The notes: a model not told the origin generated them from the letters alone. 64,000 nucleotides of DNA from Candidatus Latescibacterota bacterium (GCA_965248755.1 OZ252149.1:1504001-1568000), one strand, 5' to 3'. Counted from the stretch's first letter, positions 44,199 to 54,249 are shown. Translations and numbers: made by a program.

Positions 44199-45058
44199 GT
44201 GGGCGGTTTTTGGGTCGAGGCTATTCCCGCAAGGTGGTAGCTTTGGCTTTGGGTTTGCATCGTTCGACTCTGTATAGGTTTAGGGATAGAGGTGTCAGTT
44301 CTTCTGTTAAAGAGCCTGTGATAGATGAGGAGCTTGCTTTTCGTATTCGAGGGATACTGGACCAAGAAGAGGCATTTGGTCACAGGCGGGTTTGGGCGCA
44401 TCTTCGTTTCAAGGAAGGGGAATGTGTCAACGTTAAGAAGGTTCATAGGATAATGAAGCTTAAGGGGTGGCAGTGTAAGCTGTGGAATCGTCCCGGGAGA
44501 AAGGGGCCACAGGTTGCCCAGAAGCGTTCTGTGGTGGATAGTCCCGACAGTTTGTGGTCGAGTGACTTGACAAAGATTTACTGTGGAAAAGATGGTTGGT
44601 GTCCTCTTATTGCGGTGGTGGACAACGGAAGCCGGGAGGTTCCTGGGTATCGTTTTAGTCGAAAAGGGAGGGCACTGGAGGCCACAGATGCCCTGGATCG
44701 GGCCGTGATCTCTCGATACACTTCCAAGGAGGCTGTCCCCCAGGGTCTCACTTTGCGCTCTGACAATGGTTCCATCTTTTTGGCTCGGGCCTATTTGGCC
44801 AGTACCGAATATTGGGGAATTCGTCAGGAATACATACCAAGTGGTAAACCCGATTGGAACGGTGTTGTAGAGCGTTTTTTCAGGACCCTCAAGCAAGAGT
44901 GTGTTTGGCTTCACAAGTTTGAATCCTTTGAACAGGCTGAGAAGATCATATCTCAGTGGATCGATAATTACAACAAGAACAGGCTTCATTCATCCCTGGG
45001 ATATAAGACCCCAAAAGAGTGGAGAAAACAATTTTATCTACTACCCCAGGTTGCTTAA
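44195..45058 (+). CDS. IS3-family transposase OrfB (DDE)
   Basis: Motifs WSSDLT, SDNG, VERFFRTLKQE, HSSLGY. Confidence 0.92.
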   Translation: MSGRFLGRGYSRKVVALALGLHRSTLYRFRDRGVSSSVKEPVIDEELAFRIRGILDQEEAFGHRRVWAHLRFKEGECVNVKKVHRIMKLKGWQCKLWNRPGRKGPQVAQKRSVVDSPDSLWSSDLTKIYCGKDGWCPLIAVVDNGSREVPGYRFSRKGRALEATDALDRAVISRYTSKEAVPQGLTLRSDNGSIFLARAYLASTEYWGIRQEYIPSGKPDWNGVVERFFRTLKQECVWLHKFESFEQAEKIISQWIDNYNKNRLHSSLGYKTPKEWRKQFYLLPQVA

Positions 45059-45748
45059 TTGGTGTCGCTTTCCTGGGAAGCAGTACAAGGCGGACATCTA
45101 AGAAGAGACGGATATTGAACTATATCGGACTCGGTTTAAGCAGTTTATATCTGATCTTTACGGTTATCAACAAATTCTATGTGAACTGGGTATTTGAAGG
45201 GTCGCTTGCAAGACAGAACATCTCATATGACAGATACTTTACGACGCCGACTCCGTTAAATAATATCCTCTGGAGTGGTGTCTTTGAAGACGAAAATGGT
45301 TTTTGGTTGGGACACTACTCTCTGCTGGACAGCAATAAAGACATTACTTTTCGATACATTGAGAAGAACGATCATCTAATTGATCTTATAAAGGATCAGC
45401 GGGCAATAGATAGGCTCATTTGGGTCTCCAAAGGATATTACTCTATTACCACAAAAGACGGTTTTAACTATTTTAACGACCTGAGATTCGGCCAATTCGG
45501 CGGGTGGGCGCAAGAGAGAGATAAGTTCTCATTTTCATATAAGATCATTAACGATGGAAACCGCGTTGACATCCGGAGGGAGCGCCGGTCGCTCGCACTC
45601 AGTTCGCTCAGGGAGCCGCTGAATCAACTTATCGAACGTGTAAAAGGGATTTGATACATTGGTGACCCGGTTCAGATTCAGCTTCTTCGAGTTTGTGACC
45701 CTGCAAAACGTCAGCTGAATATCATTCTTTCAAAGCAGAAAAAAAGAG

Positions 45749-46849
45749 ATGTCATCTTCAAGTCCGAAAAAGATTGTCTTTTTATTTGGTTCTGGAATTT
45801 CAATTTGTGCAGGAATGCCAAGAACCCAAGACATTACTGAACGAGTTCTTTCTGGCGAAGGCATTTCACATTATACAAGTGGGATCTATGGTTGCGATCG
45901 GGTGCTGAACTTTTTGGAAAAGCTGAAAGATGAGATAGATGATTATCACCGTTTATATCAGAATGGGCGGTGCACAAATTATGAAGATCTCTATTACGTA
46001 GCAAGTCAGATTCACGATAGCATATCGGGAGAGTACGATAACCCAGCGGTGCAACCTCTTATTGAAAAAATCTTGCCAGATATCCAGCCACTTCTTATCT
46101 ACAACGAGATCAGTGAGAGAAGTCAACTTAGTGACCTCGCTGACGAGACAACAAATTACATTCAATATACAGTAGAAACACTTCTTTCCGAAAAACCATG
46201 CCGTCTTGACTACTTGAACTGCATAAAGGATACATGTCAAAACATCGAGCACGTGGATATATTCACACTAAATCACGATACAGTTTTGGAACAGTTATTA
46301 AGGACAAACAGTATCAAATTTGTTGACGGCTTTGGGAAACGAGAAAACGATGTTCGATATTGGAATCCAGATTTGTTTGAAAATTCGAAGATTCGGCTTT
46401 TCAAATTGCACGGGTCGGTCGATTGGTTTAGGCATCAAACTAATGATGGAGATAAGTATATAAAAAATCCTAATGAGCAGATGGTAGCAAATATTCAGGA
46501 AGTGATCCTCCTAGTAGGCACTTTCAATAAGATGTTGAATTACACGAGGGCCATATTTACTGAGCTATATTGTCAGTTTCACAGTTCCTTGCGTTGTACA
46601 AAGAATTTAATAGTATGTGGATATAGTTTTGGTGACAAGGGAATCAACACACAGATAGCAGAATGGATTTGCTCGTCATCCGATCATAAGATCATAGTAA
46701 TACATCCCAACCCAGAAAGACTCAAGAGTGGGGCAAGACCTGCTATACGAAATAAATGGGAAACATTCGAAAAACAGAACAAGTTAATAAGCATTTCCAA
46801 GAGGATAGAAGAAGTCAATTGGAAAGAGATTAAGGAACTTGCTAAATAA
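45749..46849 (+). CDS. SIR2-like (SIR2_2) protein
   Basis: Motifs FLFGSGIS, FTLNHD, KLHGS, GYSFGD; AT-rich gene. Confidence 0.85.
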   Translation: MSSSSPKKIVFLFGSGISICAGMPRTQDITERVLSGEGISHYTSGIYGCDRVLNFLEKLKDEIDDYHRLYQNGRCTNYEDLYYVASQIHDSISGEYDNPAVQPLIEKILPDIQPLLIYNEISERSQLSDLADETTNYIQYTVETLLSEKPCRLDYLNCIKDTCQNIEHVDIFTLNHDTVLEQLLRTNSIKFVDGFGKRENDVRYWNPDLFENSKIRLFKLHGSVDWFRHQTNDGDKYIKNPNEQMVANIQEVILLVGTFNKMLNYTRAIFTELYCQFHSSLRCTKNLIVCGYSFGDKGINTQIAEWICSSSDHKIIVIHPNPERLKSGARPAIRNKWETFEKQNKLISISKRIEEVNWKEIKELAK

Positions 46850-47187
46850 ACATAGGGTGTCTCTTCATATAAAATTATATCGGCAACGAAACACGAACTT
46901 GGGCAGTTCCCCTCAAGGTGTGTTCCACGAGATGACGTCTATGTGAGCATCTACTGTGAAACCCTTCGAGAGCTCCCAAAGTGACCCGTAAATGAGCTAC
47001 TTATGAGACTTGGGGAATTTGTATCAGATGCCCATAACGGGCGGTCCCGAAGTAAAAACAATTGACTTTCCGACGTGTGCATCGTATATTTAGTGCAATC
47101 TATGAGTTCTATTCATTAGCTTGAAATGGGGACGGGGGCTTGCCCTGTCTACTACCTACTGTCTACTTTCTTTGGGGTGAGCAGAAC

Positions 47188-47997
47188 GTGGCTAAGGGAA
47201 AATCATATACTGTAATCGTCGTTCCAAACGATGGATCTAGGACTTTCAAATTCACGGCTAGCCAGTTTCAACTCCGGCTGATAAAATATGCTCTTGCTGT
47301 CCTTATAATCCTCATTGTTATCGGAGCGGCCTCTTACTGGACCGTGGCTCGGAGGGCTCTACAGGCTGATGCGTTAGAAAATAGAAACTTAGAATTGGAA
47401 GTCGAAGCCCGCAAGATAGCCCGACTGACTGCTACCCTCGAGAGAATTAAACGGATAAACAGGCAACTCTTGACGCTCTGGAGCGAACGGCAGGGGGAGG
47501 AGCTAAGAGGACTTTCGTACGCAGGAAGCTCATATTTGTCGCCATTTTTGAACTCCAAAGACGCAAAGGGGGCAAAGCGCGGTGAATGGAACAGTATTAG
47601 GTGGAGGCCCACTCTACAGCCTGTGGATGGTTGGATCGTCGAACCATTTGAAATAACAGAGGTTCCTGTCAAGAGGGAACATACAGGTGTAAAGATAGCA
47701 TCTGCTTCTAACTCTATAGTCAAAGCCCCAGCAGACGGAACGGTCACCTTTGCCGACTGGAAAGACGACTGGGGCAGCCTTATAGAAATAGACCATAACA
47801 GTCAATGCTACACCAGATACGGGCACAACCTGAATATACTTGTCCACAAAGGAGAAAGGGTCATAAAAGGACAGGCGATAGCTCTCCTTTCAGGAAATAA
47901 CGGAAAAGTGGAACCATATCTCTACTACGAGATATGGGAGGGCGAACCTGAACACGGAGAACCCCGAGACCCTCAGAACTATTTTTTGAAGTATTAG
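47188..47997 (+). CDS. M23/LytM-domain protein with TM helix and coiled coil
   Basis: HTGVK...VKAPADGTV...TRYGHN...PYLYYEI. Confidence 0.85.
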   Translation: MAKGKSYTVIVVPNDGSRTFKFTASQFQLRLIKYALAVLIILIVIGAASYWTVARRALQADALENRNLELEVEARKIARLTATLERIKRINRQLLTLWSERQGEELRGLSYAGSSYLSPFLNSKDAKGAKRGEWNSIRWRPTLQPVDGWIVEPFEITEVPVKREHTGVKIASASNSIVKAPADGTVTFADWKDDWGSLIEIDHNSQCYTRYGHNLNILVHKGERVIKGQAIALLSGNNGKVEPYLYYEIWEGEPEHGEPRDPQNYFLKY

Positions 47998-48015
47998 ACT
48001 TTGAGGAGACCATTT

Positions 48016-48492
48016 ATGGCAAGGGATAAAAACAAACAAGACGGATTTAACCAGGGAACTATGAACACCATAGTGGGAAAGGGATCCACGATAGACGGGA
48101 CTTTCAACATAGAAAGCAGTATAAGGATAGATGGGATCCTACGTGGTGAATTAGAGTCATCAGGCACGCTGGTTCTGGGACCATCAGGACAGATTGAAGC
48201 TAATGTCAAAGTGCAAAACGCCGTCATCGGAGGGAGAGTCGTTGGTAACCTGGAGGTCGCCAATAGAATACGTCTCGAGTCGAAGTCCATTGTCATGGGC
48301 AACATCAAAACCAAACTCCTCGTAGTCGAAGAGGGAGCCGTCTTTAAAGGCAATTGCGACTCAGGTGAGGACGTAAAGATCTCTCAAAGGGAGAACGAAA
48401 AGGACGTTTTGACCCGCAGGCTGAAGAGAGAAAGCGCTCCAGCATCCGACATCCCTTCTTTTAAGCTGAAGGAGGAGAATACAAAGAAATAA
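48016..48492 (+). CDS. Bactofilin (polymer-forming cytoskeletal protein)
   Basis: TIVGKGSTIDG...LVVEEGAVFKG. Confidence 0.9.
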   Translation: MARDKNKQDGFNQGTMNTIVGKGSTIDGTFNIESSIRIDGILRGELESSGTLVLGPSGQIEANVKVQNAVIGGRVVGNLEVANRIRLESKSIVMGNIKTKLLVVEEGAVFKGNCDSGEDVKISQRENEKDVLTRRLKRESAPASDIPSFKLKEENTKK

Positions 48493-49309
48493 CCATAACG
48501 ATTTCACTCCAAACGCATAGCGTAGTAAATCCATCCCTAAGTCCTGGATCAGAAGAGAACTTACTCCCTATTTTATTTTCCCCTAAAGCCTCTATCTTGG
48601 CATTCTAGATTCCTTCCTCTTTAGAATACTTCAGTGTCTTTTCTACTAAAACCCTTAGGACACCCCGCCTTTGATATTCTGGAAGAACAGAAATGTAAGG
48701 ATTTCTCGCTATCTTTTTTTCTTGTTCCAGAACTGAAGTAATGTAGGGTGGACTTTTCCCGCTGCAGCTCCGCAAATATCCCGTGGGCGTTTGCCTTTAT
48801 ATCGTCCTGAATGTGCCTCCTTTTCTCCACTTCTAACTATTTCCCGACATCACTCCGGATATCTTCTCTATGCTTTGATCTGTGGACGGCATCAAAGCAT
48901 ATTGCAGCGATCTCTTTGAAGACATTCCTCTGGCCCTCGTGGTATTCTATTATCACACAGATGTCCTTTTGCTGTTGAACCCCTCTTATTCAGGGTAGAG
49001 ACTATTTAAGCGCAAAGCATGAAAAGTATGTTCCAATTTCAATTACATGGCGCATTAGAAAACTAACGGTCCCGGCAATGTTTCGTACTATTGGGCAGAG
49101 TAACCTCAAAAGGAAGCAAGAATTTCTTGAATCCCGTACTGTGGTTCTAGATATAGACTTGGATAAAATAGCCGATCAAGAAAATGAATTTAAGATTTTT
49201 TTGTTTCTTTTGGGAATTTGTTTATGTATATTATAGGATGTATATTATAGGATGTCTAGGGCCAAAGTAGATGTGGATCACCTCTGTTTAGCCAAAAGGG
49301 GAGCTACAA

Positions 49310-49735
49310 ATGGGGCAGACTCAGATTCTGATGATCGTCCTGTCTGTGATTATCGTGGGAATTTCTGTAGCCGTGGGCATCAGTCAATTTGGAGAAACGG
49401 CTGTCAGCGCAAACCAAGACGCGGTGGTCTTTGAGTGCCGGCGCATTATGGAGGTAGCGCATCACTGGTATCGTAGGCCCACCAGTATGGGCGGCGGAGG
49501 AAGATCATTTAACGGGCTGACTCTGACTGAGTTAAATACCAGCGGTGAAAACGACATCGGATTCTACAACTTGGGTGGGAGCGGAGACGACCTTACAATC
49601 ATAGGGGAGGGGAAGGAGCAGGACTCCGACGGGAACGTTGCCTATGTGACCGTGACGTTCGATGCCGCCTCTGGAACTCAAACGGGCATTACGATTGTAA
49701 GGGGGACAGTCGGCGGTAATCGGACTGTTCCCTGA
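49310..49735 (+). CDS. Pilin-like protein with a hydrophobic N-terminal helix
   Basis: MGQTQILMIVLSVIIVGISVAVGI...WYRRPTSMGGGG. Confidence 0.65.
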   Translation: MGQTQILMIVLSVIIVGISVAVGISQFGETAVSANQDAVVFECRRIMEVAHHWYRRPTSMGGGGRSFNGLTLTELNTSGENDIGFYNLGGSGDDLTIIGEGKEQDSDGNVAYVTVTFDAASGTQTGITIVRGTVGGNRTVP

Positions 49736-49799
49736 GTTCATTCTGCGCAGGACAAAACACCTGGCTAGATTTCGAATCCGTTAGTCGTTCATAAACAGT

Positions 49800-49884
49800 G
49801 CCGAAGTGGTGGAACTGGTAGACACGCTGTCTTGAGGGGGCAGTGGGGAAACCCGTGCCGGTTCGAGTCCGGCCTTCGGCACCA
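49800..49884 (+). tRNA. tRNA-Leu(GAG)
   Basis: Cloverleaf with a long variable arm, anticodon arm CTGTC-TTGAGGG-GGCAG, T-loop GGTTCGAGTCC and encoded CCA. Confidence 0.97.
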
Positions 49885-49895
49885 CAAATGTTCAG

Positions 49896-49928
49896 AAGGG
49901 TTATGCACATTTGCGTAACCCCTTTTTG
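49896..49928 (+). terminator. Rho-independent terminator after the tRNA
   Basis: AAGGGTTATGCA-CATT-TGCGTAACCCCTTTTT. Confidence 0.75.
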
Positions 49929-50268
49929 TTGATTGTAGATTGCCTGACAAGTCACCTGAAGATTACGTTCCTGTTTGACCTGGTAAACGTAGAAGGAAGG
50001 GAATGCTGATAGGAAGTAAATCGTGGCAGCGGAAAAATCAGAGACGCAGAACATTACGTCGCAACGCAGAGAGTTTTTCGAAGATCAGGTTATCTTACAG
50101 TGGAAAATCTGTTATCACCTGAAAAACCGACAGGGTAACGGGCTGAAGTTCAATATCTGGCCGAGCTTGTAGATAACCTGTGCAGCCATGAAGAGAAAAT
50201 TACCGTGTTTGTCGCAGGGTCCCGACGCAATGTAGGACACTCCCATTCAACTGACGAAATGCCAATCT

Positions 50269-50529
50269 TCAGGACCCCCTTTTCTTGTCTCGAGCCAAGG
50301 GCGACTTCTTCCCCTTCTGTTTATCTCCCTCCACCAGCCACGTCCTTATAATTTGTGTGGCTTCTGCAGGCTTATTCTGGAAAAGGTTTATCAACTGTTC
50401 CAGGAGTTGTGACCTGTTCTGCAATTCTATCTTCAGTCGCTTTGCTGAAGCCTCCTCTTCAGGTGATTTTGCTGAAGCCTCATCTTCGGGTGGTTTTGCC
50501 GAAGCCTCATCTTCGGGTGTCTTGGCCAT
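50269..50529 (-). CDS. Small protein with 3 x 9-aa repeats and a FliF C-terminus-like motif
   Basis: (PEDEASAK)x3 followed by QNKPAEATQIIRTWL. Confidence 0.55.
   Translation of the reverse strand: MAKTPEDEASAKPPEDEASAKSPEEEASAKRLKIELQNRSQLLEQLINLFQNKPAEATQIIRTWLVEGDKQKGKKSPLARDKKRGS
50441..50521. repeat. 27-bp tandem repeat x3
   Basis: TTTGCYGAAGCCTCMTCTTCRGGTG.. units starting at 50441, 50468 and 50495. Confidence 0.9.
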
Positions 50530-50607
50530 ATTTTCTCTCTCTTTGGTAGATTATCCTATTCTGTCACAGTCCACACCATTTTGCCCGTAACACTCGTACT
50601 CATCGGG

Positions 50608-50647
50608 CCCCGATTGAACCCCCGATTGACTCTATCGGGGGGCGGGG
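50608..50647. repeat. Nested 21-bp palindromic element
   Basis: CCCCGATTGAAC[CCCCGATTGACTCTATCGGGG]GGCGGGG. Confidence 0.8.
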
Positions 50648-50701
50648 ATCAATAAGGGGGCAAGATACAAAGCCCTCCTTAGAGTGCACTTGAACGATCA
50701 C

Positions 50702-50745
50702 ATAGGCACCCTATATCTCCAGGGATAGGCACCCTCTATCTCCAG
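50702..50745. repeat. 21-bp direct repeat x2
   Basis: ATAGGCACCCTATATCTCCAG-GG-ATAGGCACCCTCTATCTCCAG. Confidence 0.85.
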
Positions 50746-50856
50746 TATGGTGCTGTTCATGGGTTACCACTATCGCATCTGTTCCAATAAACGAGTCTTT
50801 ACCACGGGACGAGAATCTTCATCGTTTTGATGGATATGACGCGCATTTTATCTTCA

Positions 50857-51723
50857 TTACATCTGTCGGACGAATTTCTGAAGGCGTCCGTTCGCCTGAA
50901 CCTCGCCCACGTAAAGATCTCCGTACGAATCCACCCAGATGCCGTGTGGAAAGGCGAGGAACTCGCCGGGCTGATCGCTTTTCTCTGCACCGCCCCACTT
51001 AGTAAGCAGTTTGCCGTCGAGTGACCAGATGCTGACTTGATGCTGCAACTCAGCGATGTAAATGACATCGTCATCAGGGTCGAAATAGATCGTATCGGGT
51101 CGCAACAAGCCCGTCCACTCTGCCATGAAGCGACCTTCGGTGTCAAAGATCTGGATGCGGTTGTTCTCACGGTCACAGACCCAGACGCGGTCGTGTCTGT
51201 CTACCCGAACGCAGTGGGAGACCTCAAACTGCCCCGGGCCGATGCCCCATTCTCCCCAGGACATCAGCAGCTCTCCTTCGGGCGAAAACCTGTGAACGCG
51301 CGCGTTTTCGTATCCGTCCGAGACGAAGAGCTCGCCCGTTGATGCGATGGCCAGATCTGTCGGCTTGTTGAACGGGTCACCGTCCTTCTGGCCGGGCTGA
51401 TCGGGCGTACCCAACGTCATCACCAGTTCTCCGTTTGCGTTGAACTTGCGGATGCAATGGCGACTCCACTCGGTACAATAGACGTTATCGTCGCCATCTA
51501 TGTAGATACCGTGCGCGTCCGTGAGGATGTCTTCGCCCCACGAATCCACAAAGTTGCCGTCGCGGTCGAAGATGACCAGCGGATGCTCACTGCGCGAATA
51601 GACATAGACGCGGTCTTGTGAATCGCACGCGACCGCCGGAATCCAGCCCCACGTCCAGCCTTCCGGCAGTTGACCCCAGCCCTCCTGGACCTGGTAGGTG
51701 TATTTACCTTCTCCAAATGTCAT
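50857..51723 (-). CDS. NHL-repeat beta-propeller, peptidyl-alpha-hydroxyglycine lyase (PAL)-like
   Basis: AHGIYID, FNKPTD, VSDGYENARVH, DRENNRIQ, PHGIWVD. Confidence 0.88.
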   Translation of the reverse strand: MTFGEGKYTYQVQEGWGQLPEGWTWGWIPAVACDSQDRVYVYSRSEHPLVIFDRDGNFVDSWGEDILTDAHGIYIDGDDNVYCTEWSRHCIRKFNANGELVMTLGTPDQPGQKDGDPFNKPTDLAIASTGELFVSDGYENARVHRFSPEGELLMSWGEWGIGPGQFEVSHCVRVDRHDRVWVCDRENNRIQIFDTEGRFMAEWTGLLRPDTIYFDPDDDVIYIAELQHQVSIWSLDGKLLTKWGGAEKSDQPGEFLAFPHGIWVDSYGDLYVGEVQANGRLQKFVRQM

Positions 51724-52099
51724 TTCACCGTGCCTCCAGACTACACATTTTCGTTCGGCTTGTGTGTTAAAGATCACTGCATGTTGTCCATCCAATGATA
51801 TTACAGTATATAACGAATCGCTGGGCTGGTCAAGGATAATTTTCTCCTCATCTCTCCTTCCTTCTCTTTGAAGGAGCAGGTGTCTCGACCAGCCGAGTGC
51901 CGCACTCTGAGATTATTCTTTAAGGGCGAAGCGGGTGAACTGACCGCTGACAAGATGCTCCTTTCTACCCAAATGACTATACAGAGGACATAAGCGGACA
52001 ATACAGCATGCGTTGCAGAAATGACCTGATTTCCGTAAGGAAGGATAAGTAGGAGGATACGCAAACCGCGCACAGAGAAGATCTCCGGTACCTCTCGAG

Positions 52100-52310
52100 C
52101 ACGACCTTCAGGGGAGGATGACCTCTGACTATCGCAATTACGAAAACAACGAGCAGTTCTGCTACATACTTAGCGGAGAAGGGGGGCTTAATCGGAGATA
52201 GAAAATATCATGTCAGGGAAGGATCTGTGACTTGCTTGCCGCGGAAGCCCTACGATCAGGCGTTCACGGACAAGTATGACGGTTGGATGACGTATCTGGT
52301 CTTGAGCTGA
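52100..52310 (+). pseudogene. Cupin-domain remnant
   Basis: Broken reading ENNEQFCYILSGEG / LIGDRKYHVREGSVTCLP. Confidence 0.5.
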
Positions 52311-52338
52311 AAGGTCTATGCGTTGGTCTAATTTCTAT

Positions 52339-52437
52339 CAGGACGATAAGGACGTTTTACATGGAACTTTTTAAAAAAAGAATTTTTTTAATATAGAAAA
52401 GTTTGCTACAAATCGTCCTTATCGTCCTATCGTCCTG
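52339..52437. other. Iteron-flanked AT-rich core (replication-origin-like)
   Basis: 2 x AGGACGWT, then ~55 bp of very AT-rich sequence, then 3 x ATCGTCCT in the opposite orientation. Confidence 0.55.
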
Positions 52438-52593
52438 CAAAACGTTCACAGTGTGCATATATTATGCATTGCAGTCCATTATATCCCCTTGATCTCTAAC
52501 TCTTTGGAGGTCACGGTCTCTAACGTCTTGTAGATCTAAGCAAAATCTTGCAGGTCTAGATCTTCAATATTCAAGCAGTCAAGGCGGATTATT

Positions 52594-54249
52594 CTATTCT
52601 CCGAAGAGATCCACTGTCTCCTTTTCTACCTTTTTTCTCTTTTCCCTGGGATCTACCTCGCCCATGTCCTTGTAGAACTTCTCGTCGTAATCTCTGGTTC
52701 TTATCACCACCGGCATAGGGACAGCGTGTCCTATCACCAGGGCCTGCTGTTTGGAATCCAGGCTGGCAAGCACGCTCCTTAAGCCCGAAGCGTTGCTGAC
52801 TCCCGTTAAGACAGCCTGTATATCCTTCTCATCGTTCAGAAGGGCCGTTATCTTGGTGCCAATCTGAGACAGCACCTCTTCGTCTATGCCTGAGGGCCTC
52901 TGATCCACAATCAGAAGGGAGACATAGTATTTCCTCATCTCCCTTGCAATAGTTCCGAAGATCGTCTGCTTTGCCGCCACAGGGTTCAGGAACTTATGTG
53001 CCTCTTCTATCGTTATAACCAACTGTTTGGGTTCATCCTCAACATTCTGTGTGGAGTAGTACTTCTCGCTCTTTTTTACGTAGAGCTCGTGTATCCTCCT
53101 TGTGATGATGTTGGATACCAAAAGGTAGCAGAGTATGCTCGTCTGCTGACCGAACTCCAGAACTATGTGAATGCCCCTATCAATATAGTCCATGATCTTG
53201 TCTATCACATCCTGTCCTTGAGTCTTGCTGACCATAAAGGGGAAGTTCTCAATCCTCTTGAGCTTCCTGTGCAGAGCCACCAGAGAACCCGGATGCGCGT
53301 TTATCTCCTCAGCGAACTCCTCGACCCCCTTCCCCTCCTGATCTAAAAGTGTCCTGAGCCATTTTTCTCTGTATATAGCGTAGACAAGATAAGCCGACTC
53401 CACGGCGGTGGGATTCAGTTTTAGCTCCTCCTGAAGGGGAGCTATGTCCTCTACCGTAATCTGATCGTAGCTGATATAGACTTCGTGATCGGGTTGAACG
53501 CCTCTATCCCTGGTAGATTTCGGATCCAGGGAGAATATCGCCATCTTACTTCCGAACAGTTGTTTTAAGCCCTTGACAAAAGCCCCTTTCCCGATGCCCG
53601 ACTCGGCGATCGCCTTCCAGCCGTACTCGTTGTGCATGTCGAAGATGAAGTTTACGGCCGTGTCGCGCTTAATAAGACCTGAAAGCACAAGCCTGGTCAA
53701 AAACGTCTTTCCCGTTCCGGTCTTTCCGAAGATCCCGTTGCTCCTTTCCACGAAGCGGTTCAAGTTCAGGCATACGGGAGTCTCCATATCCAGAGGTTTG
53801 CCCACGCTGAAATACTTTTTCGAGGCGGATTCGTTCCCGAAGATGCGACTTACGTCCTCCTCCTCGGCCTCCTGAACCATCGAAAAGTGGCCGGGTATGG
53901 TCTTGACGGGTCGCGGCTCTGCATCTCCTTCGTCATTCTCTTGCTCATCTCTGCCCAGCATAAGCATAGGGCGCAGAGAAACAACTACGTACGTGCTCGT
54001 ACCGTCCAGCACCTTATGCATCAGTCCATCGCTCCAATCGGGAGGGTTTACCAATATATCAGGATTTGTCGCATCCAGCCGCACATCTGTGATCATGGAG
54101 AAAAAGTCGTTCTGCTGTCCCTCGATGACCACGAATTTCCCCGCCTTAATCTCTTCCACGTTCAGGTTCTTCTGGTCCAACTTCATCTCCAGTCCTTCAA
54201 CGAGAGAACCTTTCGTGATAATACCTATGCTGCTGTAGCGTCTTCTCAA
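52594..54249 (-). CDS. herA: HerA-family ATPase/helicase (N-terminal HAS barrel)
   Basis: Motifs GKTGTGKT, FDMHNEY, IEEAH, AREMRKY, DQRPS. Confidence 0.9.
   Translation of the reverse strand: MRRRYSSIGIITKGSLVEGLEMKLDQKNLNVEEIKAGKFVVIEGQQNDFFSMITDVRLDATNPDILVNPPDWSDGLMHKVLDGTSTYVVVSLRPMLMLGRDEQENDEGDAEPRPVKTIPGHFSMVQEAEEEDVSRIFGNESASKKYFSVGKPLDMETPVCLNLNRFVERSNGIFGKTGTGKTFLTRLVLSGLIKRDTAVNFIFDMHNEYGWKAIAESGIGKGAFVKGLKQLFGSKMAIFSLDPKSTRDRGVQPDHEVYISYDQITVEDIAPLQEELKLNPTAVESAYLVYAIYREKWLRTLLDQEGKGVEEFAEEINAHPGSLVALHRKLKRIENFPFMVSKTQGQDVIDKIMDYIDRGIHIVLEFGQQTSILCYLLVSNIITRRIHELYVKKSEKYYSTQNVEDEPKQLVITIEEAHKFLNPVAAKQTIFGTIAREMRKYYVSLLIVDQRPSGIDEEVLSQIGTKITALLNDEKDIQAVLTGVSNASGLRSVLASLDSKQQALVIGHAVPMPVVIRTRDYDEKFYKDMGEVDPREKRKKVEKETVDLFGE

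Larger units (their letters stand above)
43822..45087 (+). mobile_element. IS3-family insertion sequence with a 4-bp TSD (AGGC)
   Basis: Imperfect IRs CATACCGCTCCCC and GGGAAGCAGTACA; AGGC at 43818-43821 and 45088-45091; orfA/orfB in -1 phase with an A8 slippery run at 44174-44181. Confidence 0.93.
43368..45654 (+). pseudogene. Membrane-bound metal-dependent hydrolase (YdjM/YfhP-like) interrupted by an IS3-family element
   Basis: MDTLTQITLG, PDLD, HRGFSHS, HPMLD. Removing the IS and one AGGC restores the frame ...FLR-RTSKKR... Confidence 0.9.

Noticed and set aside
43697..44989. 430-aa minus-strand ORF
   Set aside because: It is the antisense shadow of the IS3 transposase and the hydrolase gene and has no recognisable motifs.
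41326..46849. Integron cassette array
   Set aside because: The accessory genes are co-oriented, but I found no convincing attC sites (RYYYAAC...GTTRRRY) and no integrase.
49800..52600. Intact island integrated at tRNA-Leu
   Set aside because: No integrase and no duplicated tRNA 3' end were found; only relics are present.
45749..54249. SIR2-HerA defence system
   Set aside because: The genes are ~6 kb apart on opposite strands, and this HerA is the NurA-associated type.
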